NCBI GenBank assembly: GCA_963785305.1
Contig: CAWAUV010000007.1
Coordinates: 672,001-736,000 of the forward strand
DNA length: 64,000 nucleotides
Source: an uncultured Planctomycetaceae bacterium
GTDB taxonomy: Bacteria; Planctomycetota; Planctomycetia; Pirellulales; PALSA-1355
Reading direction: 5' to 3'
Every line of letters starts with the position of its first letter. Position 1 is the first letter of the stretch. The position numbers and the translations under genes are program-made. Shown here piece by piece: positions 21,652-32,757 of the stretch. The notes under the pieces are model-generated. The model was not told where the DNA came from and searched no databases. It was given only the letters and a program-made list of their open reading frames with translations.

Positions 21652-22928
21652 TGAAAGTGCAGGTCGTCGGATGCAGCCATCACAATTCGGCCGTGGCGGT
21701 GCGCGAACGCTTGGCCTTCGGCCCGCAGCAGATCGGGCCCGCGCTCGATGGCTTTCGCGCCCGTTTTCCCGAGGCCGAGGCGGTGCTGCTTTCGACCTGC
21801 AATCGCATCGAGCTCTACACGGCGGTGGAAGACGACACGAACGGCCCGAGCCATGAGGCGGTGGCCCAGTTCGTGGCCGAGTTTCACGGAGTGCCGGTGG
21901 TCGAGGTGTTCGACGAATTGTTCGAGCGCACGGGTGAAGACGCCGTGCGGCATTTGTTCACCGTGGCGGCGAGTCTCGATAGCATGGTGGTCGGCGAGCC
22001 GCAGATTCTGGCCCAAGTCAAGCAGGCCTACGACTTGGCCACGCGCTGCAACAGCACCGGCCCGCTGACGCATGGCATTTTTCAAGCCGCCGTGCGCGTG
22101 GCCCGCCGCATCACGACCGAGACCTCGGTGCATCAGCGCCGGGTCAGTATTCCGAGCGTGGCGATTGGCGACTTCGCCCGCCAAATTTTCGAGCGGTTCG
22201 ACGATAAACGCATTCTGCTGATCGGCGCCGGCGAAATGGCCGAGGAAACACTCCGCTATCTCGAGGAAGAAGGCGCCCACGATGTAACCGTGGTGAATCG
22301 CAGCCCCGAGCGGGCGCGCGAATTGGCCGAGCGCTGGCGCGGCAAGCCGGCATTGTGGGAATCGCTGCCGCGGCTGCTGGCCGAAGCCGATCTGATCGTG
22401 AGCACCACCGGCGCGAGCGAGCCGGTGGTCTCGGCGGCGATGTTTCGCGCGGTCGAGCCGGCCCGGGAGCAGCGGCCGCTATTCGTGCTCGATCTGGCGG
22501 TGCCGCGTGATTTCGATCCCGCGATCGGCGACGCGCTGGGGGTATATCTCTATTCGCTCGACGATCTCCAGGCCGCTTGCGACCGGAATCGAGCGGAACG
22601 CGACCGCGAGGCGCCCGCCGCGCTCAAGATCATCGAGCAAGAGACCGCCCGCTTCATGGCCGACTGGCGCCATCGGGCCACGGCGCCGATCATCAAGCGA
22701 CTGCGCGAAGGCTGGCAGCAGTCGAAAGACGACGAATTGAAGCGGCTGTTCAATAAGCTCCCGCAGCTCGACGATCGCTCGCGCGACGAAGTCCGCCAAG
22801 CCTTCGATCGGCTCGTCAACAAACTCTTGCATCCGCCGCTCGAATCGCTGCGTTCGGCGGCCGAATCGGGCCCTCCGCATCACGGCCTGGTCGATGCCTT
22901 GAGACGCTTGTTTCATCTCAAGGATTGA
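21651..22928 (+). CDS. hemA: Glutamyl-tRNA reductase
   Basis: LLSTCNRIELY, SLDSMVVGEPQILAQVK, IGAGEM, DLAVPRD. Confidence 0.97.
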   Translation: MKVQVVGCSHHNSAVAVRERLAFGPQQIGPALDGFRARFPEAEAVLLSTCNRIELYTAVEDDTNGPSHEAVAQFVAEFHGVPVVEVFDELFERTGEDAVRHLFTVAASLDSMVVGEPQILAQVKQAYDLATRCNSTGPLTHGIFQAAVRVARRITTETSVHQRRVSIPSVAIGDFARQIFERFDDKRILLIGAGEMAEETLRYLEEEGAHDVTVVNRSPERARELAERWRGKPALWESLPRLLAEADLIVSTTGASEPVVSAAMFRAVEPAREQRPLFVLDLAVPRDFDPAIGDALGVYLYSLDDLQAACDRNRAERDREAPAALKIIEQETARFMADWRHRATAPIIKRLREGWQQSKDDELKRLFNKLPQLDDRSRDEVRQAFDRLVNKLLHPPLESLRSAAESGPPHHGLVDALRRLFHLKD

Positions 22929-23110
22929 TGGCTTTTCCTCGGGGCTGGTCGACGCTTTCTGTCTTTCCGCGCCGGCGGATTGAATCCAATGGGCCGGTAA
23001 TTTAATATACTGCGCGACACCCATCCGTGGCGCGTCGGTGCCCCTCGATCGAGTGAGTGTCGAACTTTCGACCTCCTGGCGAACACTCTCTCCTTCCTTA
23101 GGAATCTCTC

Positions 23111-24036
23111 ATGGCGATTGAATTCCAGTGTCTCAATTGCGGTCGGTCGCTACGGGGTAAAGACGAACTGGCTGGCCGGCGCGTGAAGTGCCCGACCTGC
23201 GCCGCGGCGATTGAAGTTCCGCAGCCGGCCGATGAATTCGCGGCGCTGGCGGCCGCCGCGCCGACCGGCGACGCTTGGAGCGAAGAGGATGTGAACCCGT
23301 ATCGCCCCACGACCGATGCCGCGCCCGACGCGCGGAGTCGCGTGGATATGCGGCGTCGTCGAGCAAACGTGAAATTGCGATCGGCGATATTTGGCGCCGC
23401 ACTTGGACGATCTTCAAAGACAACATCGGTCTCTCGCTGGGCGCCATCATCCTGCCCGCCATTATCCAGAATGTGTTCACGTTCGCGCTGGCTTTCCTCG
23501 TGGGAGTGGTCCTGGGATTGACCAATCATCGCGGCGGAGGCGGCCAAGAAGCAATAATTCTTGGGGTGCAAGGACTCGGGTTGCTGCTGGTCATTTATTT
23601 TAATTTCGGCCAAGCGGCGATCATGCTCAATATCGCGGGTGGAAATAACCCCAGCATAGGCGAGTTGTTCGTGTCGCCACTGCTCGCGGGCAAACTCTTC
23701 CTCGGCTGGGCAGTGCTAGGCATTGTGATGTTGATCTCGGCCATCACCATCGTCGGGCCGATCATCATCGCCATGATGTTCTGGCCGTTTACTTATATGA
23801 TGATCGAGAAAAATGACGACGTGTTCGGCACGATGCGGGAAGCATATGAAGTCACGGCCGGCCATCGCATGTCGATGTTCGGCCTGACGATCGTCACTTC
23901 ACTTGCGGCGACAGCGCTCACCGTGTTTACCTGCGGGCTGGGCGCGTTCATTGCGGGGCCTTGCTTTGCGTTGATGTTTCCGGTGACGTACCTTGTGATC
24001 ACCGGGCGGAGAACCGCCGATCGCCGTGGCCGCTGA
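23111..24036 (+). CDS. Zinc-ribbon plus multi-pass membrane protein; frameshift near 23340
   Basis: MAIEFQCLNCG...AGRRVKCPTC and an NPY motif, then a hydrophobic 4-5 TM region in the 23275..24036 frame. Confidence 0.7.
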
Positions 24037-24111
24037 AAGGGAATTGCTCGGCGTCGGGCGGTTGTGCCGTGTTGTCGCATCTCTTCCCCTTTTTCGGATG
24101 TAAAAAATACG

Positions 24112-25194
24112 ATGGCCCCCATCACCCCGTTCTCACTCCGGTCCGTCATGCGCGTCGGTCCGTTGCTCGCGGCGGGTTTCGTCGGCTGGGCGGCCGCAAC
24201 GCTCTTGGCCGCCGAACCGGCGCGCATCCTTTTCGACACCGATATTTGCTCCGATGTCGACGATGTGGGCGCCGTGGCGCTCTTGCATGCCCTGGCCGAT
24301 CGGGGCGAGGCCGAGATCGTGGCCATGACCATTTCATGCGCCAACCCAGACTGCGCTCTCTGTCTCGATGCGCTCAACACCTACTATGGGCGGTCGGGCA
24401 TTCCGATCGGCGTCGTGCGCGCGGGCGGCGTGATGAGTGATTCGAAATACGTGGCCGGCATTGCCAAGGAATTTCCCCACGCGCTCAAGTCGGCGGCCGA
24501 CGCGCCCGACGCCCTCGCCACGCTCCGCCGCTCGCTGGCCAAGCAGCCCGACGGGTCGGTGACGCTGGTGTCGGTCGGCTTTCTGACGAACATCGCCGCG
24601 CTCGTCGATTCGCCGCCCGACGCCGAGAGCGAATTGAATGGGCGCGAACTCGCGCGGCGCAAGATCAAGGTTTGGGTCGCCATGGCCGGCAAGTTTCCCG
24701 AGGGCGCCGAATACAATGTCGACCGAGCCGCCGCCGCGTCCCAGCGAGCAATCGCCAAGTGGCCGACGCCGATCGTGTTTTCCGGATTCGAAATCGGTCA
24801 GCCCATCGAAACCGGCGCCGGACTCAAAGCCGCGCCCGCCGATAGCCCGATTCGCCGCGCCTATGAACTTTACAACGGGCTCAAGAACCGCTCGAGCTGG
24901 GATCAAACCGCGGTGCTGGTGGGTGTGCGCGGGCTCGACGCTCCGAGACGGGACAGCGAGGGCTCTGGCGAAGCGCCGCGAGCCATCGCCGGACCGCTGG
25001 CCGGTGGGCTCGACGCGCTTTGGAATCTTCACGGCCCCGGCACGGTGCTCGTCGACGCACGCGGACACAACCGCTGGGAGGCATCGTCCGAGGGGCTCCA
25101 TGCCTATCTCGAGGCGAAGGCCCCGGTCCGCGAAGTGGCCGAACGGATCGAGGCGTTGATGCTCGCGCCGCCCAAAGCCCGAGCCGGGCGATAG
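24112..25194 (+). CDS. Exported nucleoside hydrolase-like protein (IU-NH family)
   Basis: Signal peptide, ILFDTDICSDVDD, SVGFLTN, EYN and SSWDQTAV motifs. Confidence 0.85.
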   Translation: MAPITPFSLRSVMRVGPLLAAGFVGWAAATLLAAEPARILFDTDICSDVDDVGAVALLHALADRGEAEIVAMTISCANPDCALCLDALNTYYGRSGIPIGVVRAGGVMSDSKYVAGIAKEFPHALKSAADAPDALATLRRSLAKQPDGSVTLVSVGFLTNIAALVDSPPDAESELNGRELARRKIKVWVAMAGKFPEGAEYNVDRAAAASQRAIAKWPTPIVFSGFEIGQPIETGAGLKAAPADSPIRRAYELYNGLKNRSSWDQTAVLVGVRGLDAPRRDSEGSGEAPRAIAGPLAGGLDALWNLHGPGTVLVDARGHNRWEASSEGLHAYLEAKAPVREVAERIEALMLAPPKARAGR

Positions 25195-25239
25195 ACGCGG
25201 GCAAAAATCTTCGCGGGGCGGCGATTGTTCCTCGCTGCT

Positions 25240-25536
25240 TTAGAGCATGGCCCGAATACCGAGGCTCATGCCGACGTGGGTGAAAACGAACAGGGTGGCG
25301 ATCAGGTAGGCTCGTTTGATCTCGACGCCGAAGGTCGCCGACACGACAACCCCGAGCACTCCGGCCGCAATCGCCGTGGCCACGAAAAGACCGGCGAGGC
25401 CGATCGCCGCGGTCAGCGCAAATCCGAGCAGACTCGTTGCAATCGCCGAGCCCAGCGCCACCAAGAACGCCGTTCCGATCGCCACATGTCGCCGGACCCG
25501 GCGCCCAGTGTCTCTGGCGGCGGTCCTGAGATGCAA
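25240..25536 (-). CDS. Small membrane protein (3 TM)
   Basis: 98-aa strongly hydrophobic ORF filling the gap between genes. Confidence 0.5.
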   Translation of the reverse strand: MHLRTAARDTGRRVRRHVAIGTAFLVALGSAIATSLLGFALTAAIGLAGLFVATAIAAGVLGVVVSATFGVEIKRAYLIATLFVFTHVGMSLGIRAML

Positions 25537-25788
25537 ATTGCCTCGCGGCGAGGGTAGCTAGCGGCGCCAGCGATGCTGGTCCCTCCCAGAGTCGCGGCTC
25601 TGGCCGGAGTTCCCTCGCTGCCGGGGCCGGGTTTTGCTATTCTAGCGGGGAAAGGGCTTCGCGCTGCTGGTCGCGGTTCACGCCGGTTGCTTTTCACAAG
25701 CATCGCGGCTCGGGGCCAGGCGGCGAGGGTTCGCCCCGGATTTTTTCGCATCGCCTCCCGGTTTTTCGATTACAAGGTTCTTCCGCTC

Positions 25789-26934
25789 GTGCAAATCGTT
25801 CGCAATCCAACTCGGGCCGTGCGGGTCGGATCGGTCACGCTGGGCGATGGCCACCCGATCGCCGTGCAAAGCATGACCGCCACGCACACGCAAGATATCG
25901 CCGCCACCGTGGCCCAGGTCAACGATCTCTTGGGCGCCGGGGCCGATATTGTGCGGATCGCGGTCGACAATAAGAAAGACGCCGCGGCCTTGGCCGAGAT
26001 TCGGCGCCAGACGTCGGCCAATCTGTCGGTCGACTTGCAGGAGAGCTACCGGTTGGCGAGCGACGTGGCCCCCAGCGTGGACAAACTCCGCTACAATCCC
26101 GGTCATTTGTATCACCACGAGCGCGAAAAACCCTGGCAAGACAAAGTCAAGTTCCTCGTCGACACCGCCGGCGAACATGACTGCGCCCTGCGCGTGGGCG
26201 TGAACTGCGGCTCGGTCGATCCGGCGAAGCTCGCCGAGCATGGGGCCGAGAAGGAGCGAGATTCGCTTGCCCCGATGCTGGCCAGCGCCTGGGAGCACTG
26301 CGAGTTGCTCGATCGGCTCGGCTTCACTCGCTACTGCGTGTCGCTCAAGGATTCCGATCCGGCGAAGGTGGTCGAGGTGAATCGACGGTTCGCCGAGCGT
26401 CGGCCCGATGTGCCGCTGCACTTGGGCGTGACCGAGGCCGGCCTGCCGCCCGACGGAGTGATCAAGACTCGCATCGCCTTCGAGCAACTCATCAGCCGCG
26501 GCATCGGCGACACGATTCGGGTGTCGCTCACGGTGCCGAATGCCCGCAAAGGCGAGGAGATCGACGCGGGCCGCAAGATTTTGGCCGATATCGCGGCCGG
26601 CCGGGTGCGGAGCGTGGTCGATTTTGGATTGCAGTCGCTGAACATCATCAGTTGCCCGAGTTGTTCGCGCGTGGAGAACGAAGCGTTTATCGACCTCGCC
26701 GAGCAGGTGAAGGAAATGACGCGCTACGCCGCCGATCATGCGATCACGATCGCCGTGATGGGGTGCCGCGTGAACGGGCCCGGCGAGACCGACGACGCCG
26801 ATTTGGGCCTGTGGTGTGGACCGAAGCATGTGAATTTGAAGCGTGGCGGCGAGGAATTGGGCGCCTTCGCCTATCATGAAATTTTGCCCAAGCTCAAACA
26901 TGAACTGGACAAGCTGATCGCCATGAAGGCGTAA
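25789..26934 (+). CDS. ispG: (E)-4-hydroxy-3-methylbut-2-enyl-diphosphate synthase
   Basis: [65 protein letters not shown] start inferred. Confidence 0.96.
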   Translation: MQIVRNPTRAVRVGSVTLGDGHPIAVQSMTATHTQDIAATVAQVNDLLGAGADIVRIAVDNKKDAAALAEIRRQTSANLSVDLQESYRLASDVAPSVDKLRYNPGHLYHHEREKPWQDKVKFLVDTAGEHDCALRVGVNCGSVDPAKLAEHGAEKERDSLAPMLASAWEHCELLDRLGFTRYCVSLKDSDPAKVVEVNRRFAERRPDVPLHLGVTEAGLPPDGVIKTRIAFEQLISRGIGDTIRVSLTVPNARKGEEIDAGRKILADIAAGRVRSVVDFGLQSLNIISCPSCSRVENEAFIDLAEQVKEMTRYAADHAITIAVMGCRVNGPGETDDADLGLWCGPKHVNLKRGGEELGAFAYHEILPKLKHELDKLIAMKA

Positions 26935-26989
26935 GCGCGAACCGGTTCGATCGTGGTTTCCTCGCTCGCATTGTCTCAAAGGGTCAGGG

Positions 26990-27790
26990 ATGACCAGCCG
27001 GAGACGCTTATATGGAGTGGTCGTCGCTGGCGCGCTCGCCGGCGGCTGCGCGAGCTTTCGCGCTGCGCCCGAGTTGCCGGCGCGCTCGAGCGTCGTGCGC
27101 GGTCAACTTTGGGTGCATAGCGATCTGTATTTGCCGCGGCGGCATCGGCTGATCGAGGAGATCAACGCCCAGCGCGGCGTGCTCGCGACGAAACTCAACC
27201 TGCCGACCTCCGACGAACCGGTGCATGTGTATCTGTTCTCCTCGGCCGAGGAATTCAAACGCTATGTCGGCGCCAACTTCCCCAACTTTCCCACGCGGCG
27301 AGCGTTCTTCGTCGAAAGCGACGCCAAGCTCGCCGTGTATGCCTACTGGGGCGATCGCGTGGCCGAGGATCTGCGCCACGAAGTGACGCATGGGTATCTG
27401 CATTCCGTCGTGCCGCGCATTCCGCTGTGGATCGACGAGGGGTTGGCCGAATATTTCGAAGTGCCGGCCGGGCATCATGGGCGCCACGAGCCGCATCTTC
27501 AGGAGATCGCCGAGGCGCGGGCCAATATCGGCTGGAAGCCCGACCTACGTCGGCTCGAGCGGCTCGGCGATGCTTCGGAAATGACCCAACTCGACTATGC
27601 CGAATGCTGGGCCTGGGCTCACTTCCTGCTTGAATCGACACCCGAGCGCCAGCAAGCGCTGCATGCGTATCTCGAGGCGCTGCAAGGCGTCGAGGCGGTC
27701 GAGCCGCTGTCGGCCCGGCTGCGCGCCGTGCATTTGGACTACGAGCAAAAGCTGCTCGAGTATCTCGATTCGCTGCCGAAGTCGCCTTGA
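26990..27790 (+). CDS. DUF1570/peptidase-MA-like lipoprotein
   Basis: Lipobox LAGG-C, HEVTH zinc motif followed by PLWIDEGLAEYF. Confidence 0.75.
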   Translation: MTSRRRLYGVVVAGALAGGCASFRAAPELPARSSVVRGQLWVHSDLYLPRRHRLIEEINAQRGVLATKLNLPTSDEPVHVYLFSSAEEFKRYVGANFPNFPTRRAFFVESDAKLAVYAYWGDRVAEDLRHEVTHGYLHSVVPRIPLWIDEGLAEYFEVPAGHHGRHEPHLQEIAEARANIGWKPDLRRLERLGDASEMTQLDYAECWAWAHFLLESTPERQQALHAYLEALQGVEAVEPLSARLRAVHLDYEQKLLEYLDSLPKSP

Positions 27791-27809
27791 TATCGTTTCG
27801 GCCGGTCAG

Positions 27810-27836
27810 CAGCCCGTTGAAATACTCGACAGGCTG
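27810..27836. repeat. Family A minimal hairpin (ends only), flanked by TCAG
   Basis: TCAG-CAGCCCGTTGAAATACTCGACAGGCTG-TCAG; matches the termini of the 14924 element. Confidence 0.65.
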
Positions 27837-28032
27837 TCAGTTCGACTTTCGCGGTTTTCAAAAGTTCCGATAGCCCGATTCGTCGTGGTTTCTCCGATTT
27901 CGGCGCGTTTCCGGCAACCTTCGGCCTCTCGGTAACATGCAAAAATTGGCAGTTCGGCCGTCAAACTGTGCAAAACCCACGAGAAATCGGCGATTCGAGT
28001 GCTAGCAAAAAACGCGAAACTTGAAGTCAGGG
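27829..28032. mobile_element. 204-bp dispersed repeat, copy 1 (185-bp MITE-like family B core at 27841-28025)
   Basis: 203/204 identical to 40007-40210. Imperfect TIR (15/18) TTCGACTTTCGCGGTTTT vs TTCAAGTTTCGCGTTTTT; GTCAG direct repeats on both sides. Confidence 0.85.
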
Positions 28033-29147
28033 AACATCGATCGCCACATTGTCGTTGCGCCCGCCGAGCGCTTTGAACGCCGTGGCGTCGATGTCGAACA
28101 GAATCGACTGCACCGAGCCATCGCACATCACCATGTTGGCGACCGTCGGGTGCGCGCTGCCGAAGTAGCTGTTGTTGGGACTCAGGTCCGACACGGGCGG
28201 CGACGATTCCCAGCGAAGCGTGTAATAAACATGGCCGGTGTAGGCCGAGCCATCGCTCGTGCCCCCGAGCGCCATCGACTTTTCGCCGAGCATGAAGGTC
28301 TTGCTTGTGCCGTCGGTCACTTGCGCGGGCCGGATCTGGCTGCGCAGGAAAGTAATGCCGGTCGCCTGGGCCACATGCGAATTGGCGCCGGTCGACCAGT
28401 CGGGCCAGCAGAGATCGGCGATCTGCGGCAACGGCGGATCGGGTGGATTCGCCGGGCCCGAGCCGGTCGTATAGGGCGGATTCGGCGGCACGATCGCTGG
28501 CGGCGGCCAGGGAATGCTCGGATCATTGGGCGGCCACCCCGAGGGCGGGCAAGGAATGCCGGACCAGGGCGGCCCCGGCGCGCCGGGCGCATTTGGATTG
28601 GGCAGACTATCGCCCGCCGCTTCCGAACTCGGACCGGTGCTGCCAATCTGAAAACCAGGGCCATAGGTCGACACCGGATAGCTATTACCCGGCGGCCACG
28701 ACTCGCCGACCGTGCCCGCGTTTGCCGCATAGTCGCTCTGGGCGAGCGTGCCCGTGCGCGCCGGCCGGGACAGAAAAAGGAGGGCACCGGCACATTCGGC
28801 ACCGTCTTGCTTTTACGAATTTCGGTCTCTTCCATGAACGAGAGCACGTTGTAATACCAGCCGCCCGGCTGATGCATTCCATAGCCGCGCGTCGGCTGGG
28901 CCGACCACGACGATCCCCAGCCACCCGACGGATACCAGGTGTATTGATTGGCATGGTTGTTGAACGCGATGCCGATTTGCTTGAGATTGTTCTTACACGA
29001 GGCCAGCCGCGCCGATTCGCGCGCCGCTTGCACGGCCGGCAGCAAGAGCGCGATCAAGAGCCCGATAATGGCGATCACGACCAGCAGCTCGATAAGCGTA
29101 AACGCGCGCGAGCGCCTGCTCGACGCAACTCGACCCGTCGCTGTCAC
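28027..29147 (-). CDS. DUF1559 prepilin-like protein with Pro-rich insert; frameshift near 28750
   Basis: [84 protein letters not shown] before GTG 29147. Confidence 0.9.
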
Positions 29148-29385
29148 GGGAACGTCTCCGCGAATGTGAATTGCGGGAAGCCGCGGCCGGCCACGAGGCG
29201 CGGCGACGCGAAGCTCTCCCGAGAATCTCACGCGTAATGGGAAATGCCAGACCGTCGAGGCGCTCTACAGAACGCGGAGCGCCAAGAAATTTAACTTATC
29301 GAATTTTAGTGTCACGAAACCAGATTGAAAAGTCTGCTTTTTGTTTTTCGCCCCCGCCGCGACCTGCTGGCATCGCCGGGTCGAT

Positions 29386-30394
29386 TCACTTCTCGGCCGG
29401 CGCTTTGAGTCGCTGAACGACGAAATCCCAAATGTCCTTGTAGTTTTCAGTCGGATGATCGGGGTATTTCACGAGACATTCGACACCCGCCTCTCGGGCA
29501 AGCTCTTGAAAACCAAGCGACCAGCGCGGCGAATGCACCTTGTAATCGCCCTCGCCCACGGTGTCGGGCCGGGTGAGACCCCAGTTGTTTTCGAAATAAA
29601 TCGGGGCGGCGCCTTTGTGCAGCAACGCGTCGGGCGACCAGGCGCGGATCAACGGCAGCAGTTCCTCGCGCTGCGCCTTCGACTCGGCGAATTTGAGTCC
29701 GAGCGCCGGCGCGCCCCACTCCACTCCCGGCTCCCAGGCTTGCATCCGCTGGGGATCGATCGTCGGCTGGCTGCGGTAGGCCGCCACGCAGGTCACCCGG
29801 GTCGATTCGCGCGCCACGGGATCGGCCGCGTCGGGCTGGGCGCGATCGGCCGAGCAGCCGACATACAGGGCCGGCAGCGCGCCTTGGGAACCGCCGCCGA
29901 CCGCGATCCGCTCCGGATCGAGATTCCAATCGGCCGCATGCAGCCGCACGAACTGCACTGCCCGGCAGGCGTCGTTCATCACATAGGCCACGGGCGCCGA
30001 GGCTTTGTCTTCCATGGCGTCGGCGAGCGTGCGCGTTTCCACGGCCACGACCGCGCACCCGGCGGGGAGAAAATAATCGAGTCGGGCCGCGTGTTTGGCC
30101 GGCTTCCAGATGCCGCCATACCAGACCACGACCGGAAACGGACCGTTGCCCTCGGGCGGCAGGTATACATCGAGCAATTGATGCGGGCTCGGTCCATAGG
30201 AAACATCCGCGGCTTTCGGCGCGGGCGGCGCGGCCAGGGCGGTCGAGGGCGTCGCGGCGCAGCATCGTGGCGCTGGCCGCCATGAACATTGCCAAGCCAA
30301 TCACGTCGAGACGCCGCGTAGCCAGCGAGGTCGCGCCCGCCGCCGACCGATCCGCGGCGAAGATTTTCCCACGAAAAGCGACGGTGGCAAGCAT
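29386..30394 (-). CDS. Exported alpha/beta hydrolase (esterase); frameshift near 30260
   Basis: LLDVYLP...PFPVVVWYGG, AVQFVRLHAADWNLDPERIAVGGGSQGA (GxSxG), C-terminal His. GGAGA RBS before ATG 30394. Confidence 0.8.
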
Positions 30395-30679
30395 GCTGAT
30401 ATTCTCCAAATCAAGGAACGAGCCGCATTTCAAGCGCCAACATCGACGAGGAATCGAGGACTCGCGCGGCGGCGGCGTGTCGCTGTTTTGTACGCTGCCG
30501 CATTCCACGAATCAATCAATTCCCTTTCCTTTTTGACCGCGCCGGCTGCCCGCTCGGACGCTTCACGCTATGATGCGTGGCGCCAGCGGTTCGATTTACC
30601 CCCGCGGTTTTCGGGCCGCGGTGAATTGCCGCGATCCGTGCCCTTGGAGCCTTCGAACCGAAAACCTGAAATCGAGACC

Positions 30680-31378
30680 ATGATGCCACGAACGAAGCAT
30701 GTCGAGCGACACTTTCAAGCGCCCGAGGCGGTGCGCGATATTGTGATCGGCATGTCCGATGGCCTGACGGTGCCTTTTGCCTTGGCCGCCGGGCTTTCCG
30801 GCGCGATCAACTCGCGCGAGGTGATTGTCACCGCCGGGTTGGCGGAGATCGCCGCCGGAGCGATCGCCATGGGCCTGGGTGGTTATCTCGCCGCCAAGAC
30901 CGACGCCGAGCACTACCACTCGGAACGGGCTCGCGAAGATCTCGAAACCCGCGAAATGCCCGAGCAAGAAGCGGCCGAAGTGAGCGAGGTGCTGCGATCC
31001 TATGGGCTCGAGGAGCCGCATCTCTCGCCGGTGATCAGCGCGATCTGCTCCGACCGGGAGCGGTGGATCGACTTCATGATGCGATTCGAGCTGGGGCTCG
31101 ATCCGCCCGATCCGAGACGCGCGGGTCGGAGCGCCGCCACGATCGCGCTGTCGTATGTCGTGGGCGGTCTCGCGCCCTTGGGACCGTATATGGTGTTCGA
31201 CTCGGTGCATTCGGCGTTGATCGCATCGATCGTGCTCACGCTCCTGGCGCTGTTCGTCTTTGGCTATGGCAAAGGACGATTCACCACGAATCGACCGCTT
31301 CGCAGCGCCTGGCAAACGGTGCTCGTGGGCGCACTGGCGGCGAGCGCGGCGTTTGGCATCGCCAAGGCAATCGCCTAG
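30680..31378 (+). CDS. VIT1/CCC1-family Fe/Mn transporter
   Basis: RDIVIGMSDGLTVPFALAAG, AGAIAMGLGGYLA, FMMRFELGL. Confidence 0.93.
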   Translation: MMPRTKHVERHFQAPEAVRDIVIGMSDGLTVPFALAAGLSGAINSREVIVTAGLAEIAAGAIAMGLGGYLAAKTDAEHYHSERAREDLETREMPEQEAAEVSEVLRSYGLEEPHLSPVISAICSDRERWIDFMMRFELGLDPPDPRRAGRSAATIALSYVVGGLAPLGPYMVFDSVHSALIASIVLTLLALFVFGYGKGRFTTNRPLRSAWQTVLVGALAASAAFGIAKAIA

Positions 31379-31396
31379 CGGTTCATCGTTTGCAAG

Positions 31397-32152
31397 TCAC
31401 GAAGCGCCATGGCCCGGGGAGTCGTCGAAACTCGCTTCGATCAGACGCCACGCGGCGGCCCAACCGACGCCGACCAGCCATCCGGCCACGACATCGCTCG
31501 GGTAATGCACGCCCAGCGCCACTCGACTGCCGCCGACCAGGAGCGCGAGCGTGGCCGCGAGTCCCAGGAACCACCACCGCAACCGCCGCCGCGGCTCGTG
31601 GCGAGCGAGCAGCATGCCAATGCTCAAAAATGTAAGCGCGCTGAGCAGCGAATGACCGCTCGGAAAGCTGCTCGACAGGGGATGCGTGAGCTCCGAGGGA
31701 AACGGGGGTCGAGCCCGATCGAACACGTGCTTAAGCCCTTCGCTCAAGATCGCGCCGACGCCACGGCCGCCGACAGCACGAGCGCCGGCCGGGAGCGTCG
31801 TAGGAGAGCCCAAGTACACACCGCCGCGAGCACCACGAACGTGATGATGGTTCCGCTTCCCAGGGCGCTCACATCGCGCACCGCCTCGGCGAACCAGATC
31901 GGTCCGCGGCAGACCCGGTTCGCTCGAGTTGCGCAAGCTTTGCACGGCCCACATATCCCATGCCCGCGTATGTCCGGCCGCCACGCAGTAAGCCAGCGCC
32001 GCGAAGGCAACCACCGTCGCCAGCACGACCGCGGCCAACGGAAGCGCGCTGCCCGAGCGACCCGACGGCGAACCGGCGTCGCCGGAGATGCGGGCAAAAC
32101 CTCGTGCCGGTCGCGTCCAGAAGGGCTGTTTCATAGCGGACTTTTCCTTCAT
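31397..32152 (-). CDS. PAP2-family membrane phosphatase; two internal frameshifts
   Basis: LKHVFDRARP, SFPSGH and SRVALGVHYPSDV motifs. The middle part (RDVSALGS) lies in the 31744..32097 frame. Confidence 0.88.
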   Translation of the reverse strand: MKEKSAMKQPFWTRPARGFARISGDAGSPSGRSGSALPLAAVVLATVVAFAALAYCVAAGHTRAWDMWAVQSLRNSSEPGLPRTDLVRRGGARCERPGKRNHHHVRGARGGVYLGSPTTLPAGARAVGGRGVGAILSEGLKHVFDRARPPFPSELTHPLSSSFPSGHSLLSALTFLSIGMLLARHEPRRRLRWWFLGLAATLALLVGGSRVALGVHYPSDVVAGWLVGVGWAAAWRLIEASFDDSPGHGAS

Positions 32153-32457
32153 CGCCGCGGCGCCGATTTTACCGTCTCTCGGGCCTTGGCGTGGTGTTTG
32201 GTCAACACAATCGGGCCTCGCTGTTGCCCCGCGGCCACATTCGCCGCGATGGCTCGCCACGCGCGCGCAGCTCGGCGAGCGACCTATGTTTATCAAGAGC
32301 CCCCCGGGCATTTGACTTAGGTCGCGCACTTCCCTCGCCGCGTTCGCGGCGAGCTCGCGACCGGCACACGGTTTGCGATTTCGAATGCCCGGCGGCGCTC
32401 TTCACATCTCGATTGGTCGATCGTCTCATCTCATCTCGCTCTTATCAGGAACTCGCT

Positions 32458-32757
32458 TATGCTGTCCGCCATTTGGGGACCGAGCTCGGCCGCGCCCCTT
32501 GGTGTCTCTGAGTTTGCAGCACATTGCCCTCACGCCCGCCGAGCGACTCGGCGTTAGTTACCAGATCGAACCGACCTATGGCCAGACCGTTCGGGCCGAG
32601 AGCCAATCGCGACATCGTGGAGTGGTATTCCGTGCCGCTCGGCGTGGGGCTGTATTTGGATAGTTTGCTCGGCGGCGGCATCAATGGGCAAGCGCTGCCG
32701 CTGTTTATCAGCCTAGTGCCGGCCGGGCAAACTCGCCAACTCGATGTCATCGCCTGA
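32458..32757 (+). CDS. Possible small hypothetical protein (frameshifted)
   Basis: AGGA before ATG 32458; protein-like segments in successive frames ending DIVEWYSVPLG...LDVIA. Family not recognised. Confidence 0.25.

Noticed and set aside
27806..28126. Peptide ORFs crossing the 204-bp repeat (also 39642..40151)
   Set aside because: Shared translations only reflect the repeat; starts and stops differ between copies and nothing is transposase-like.
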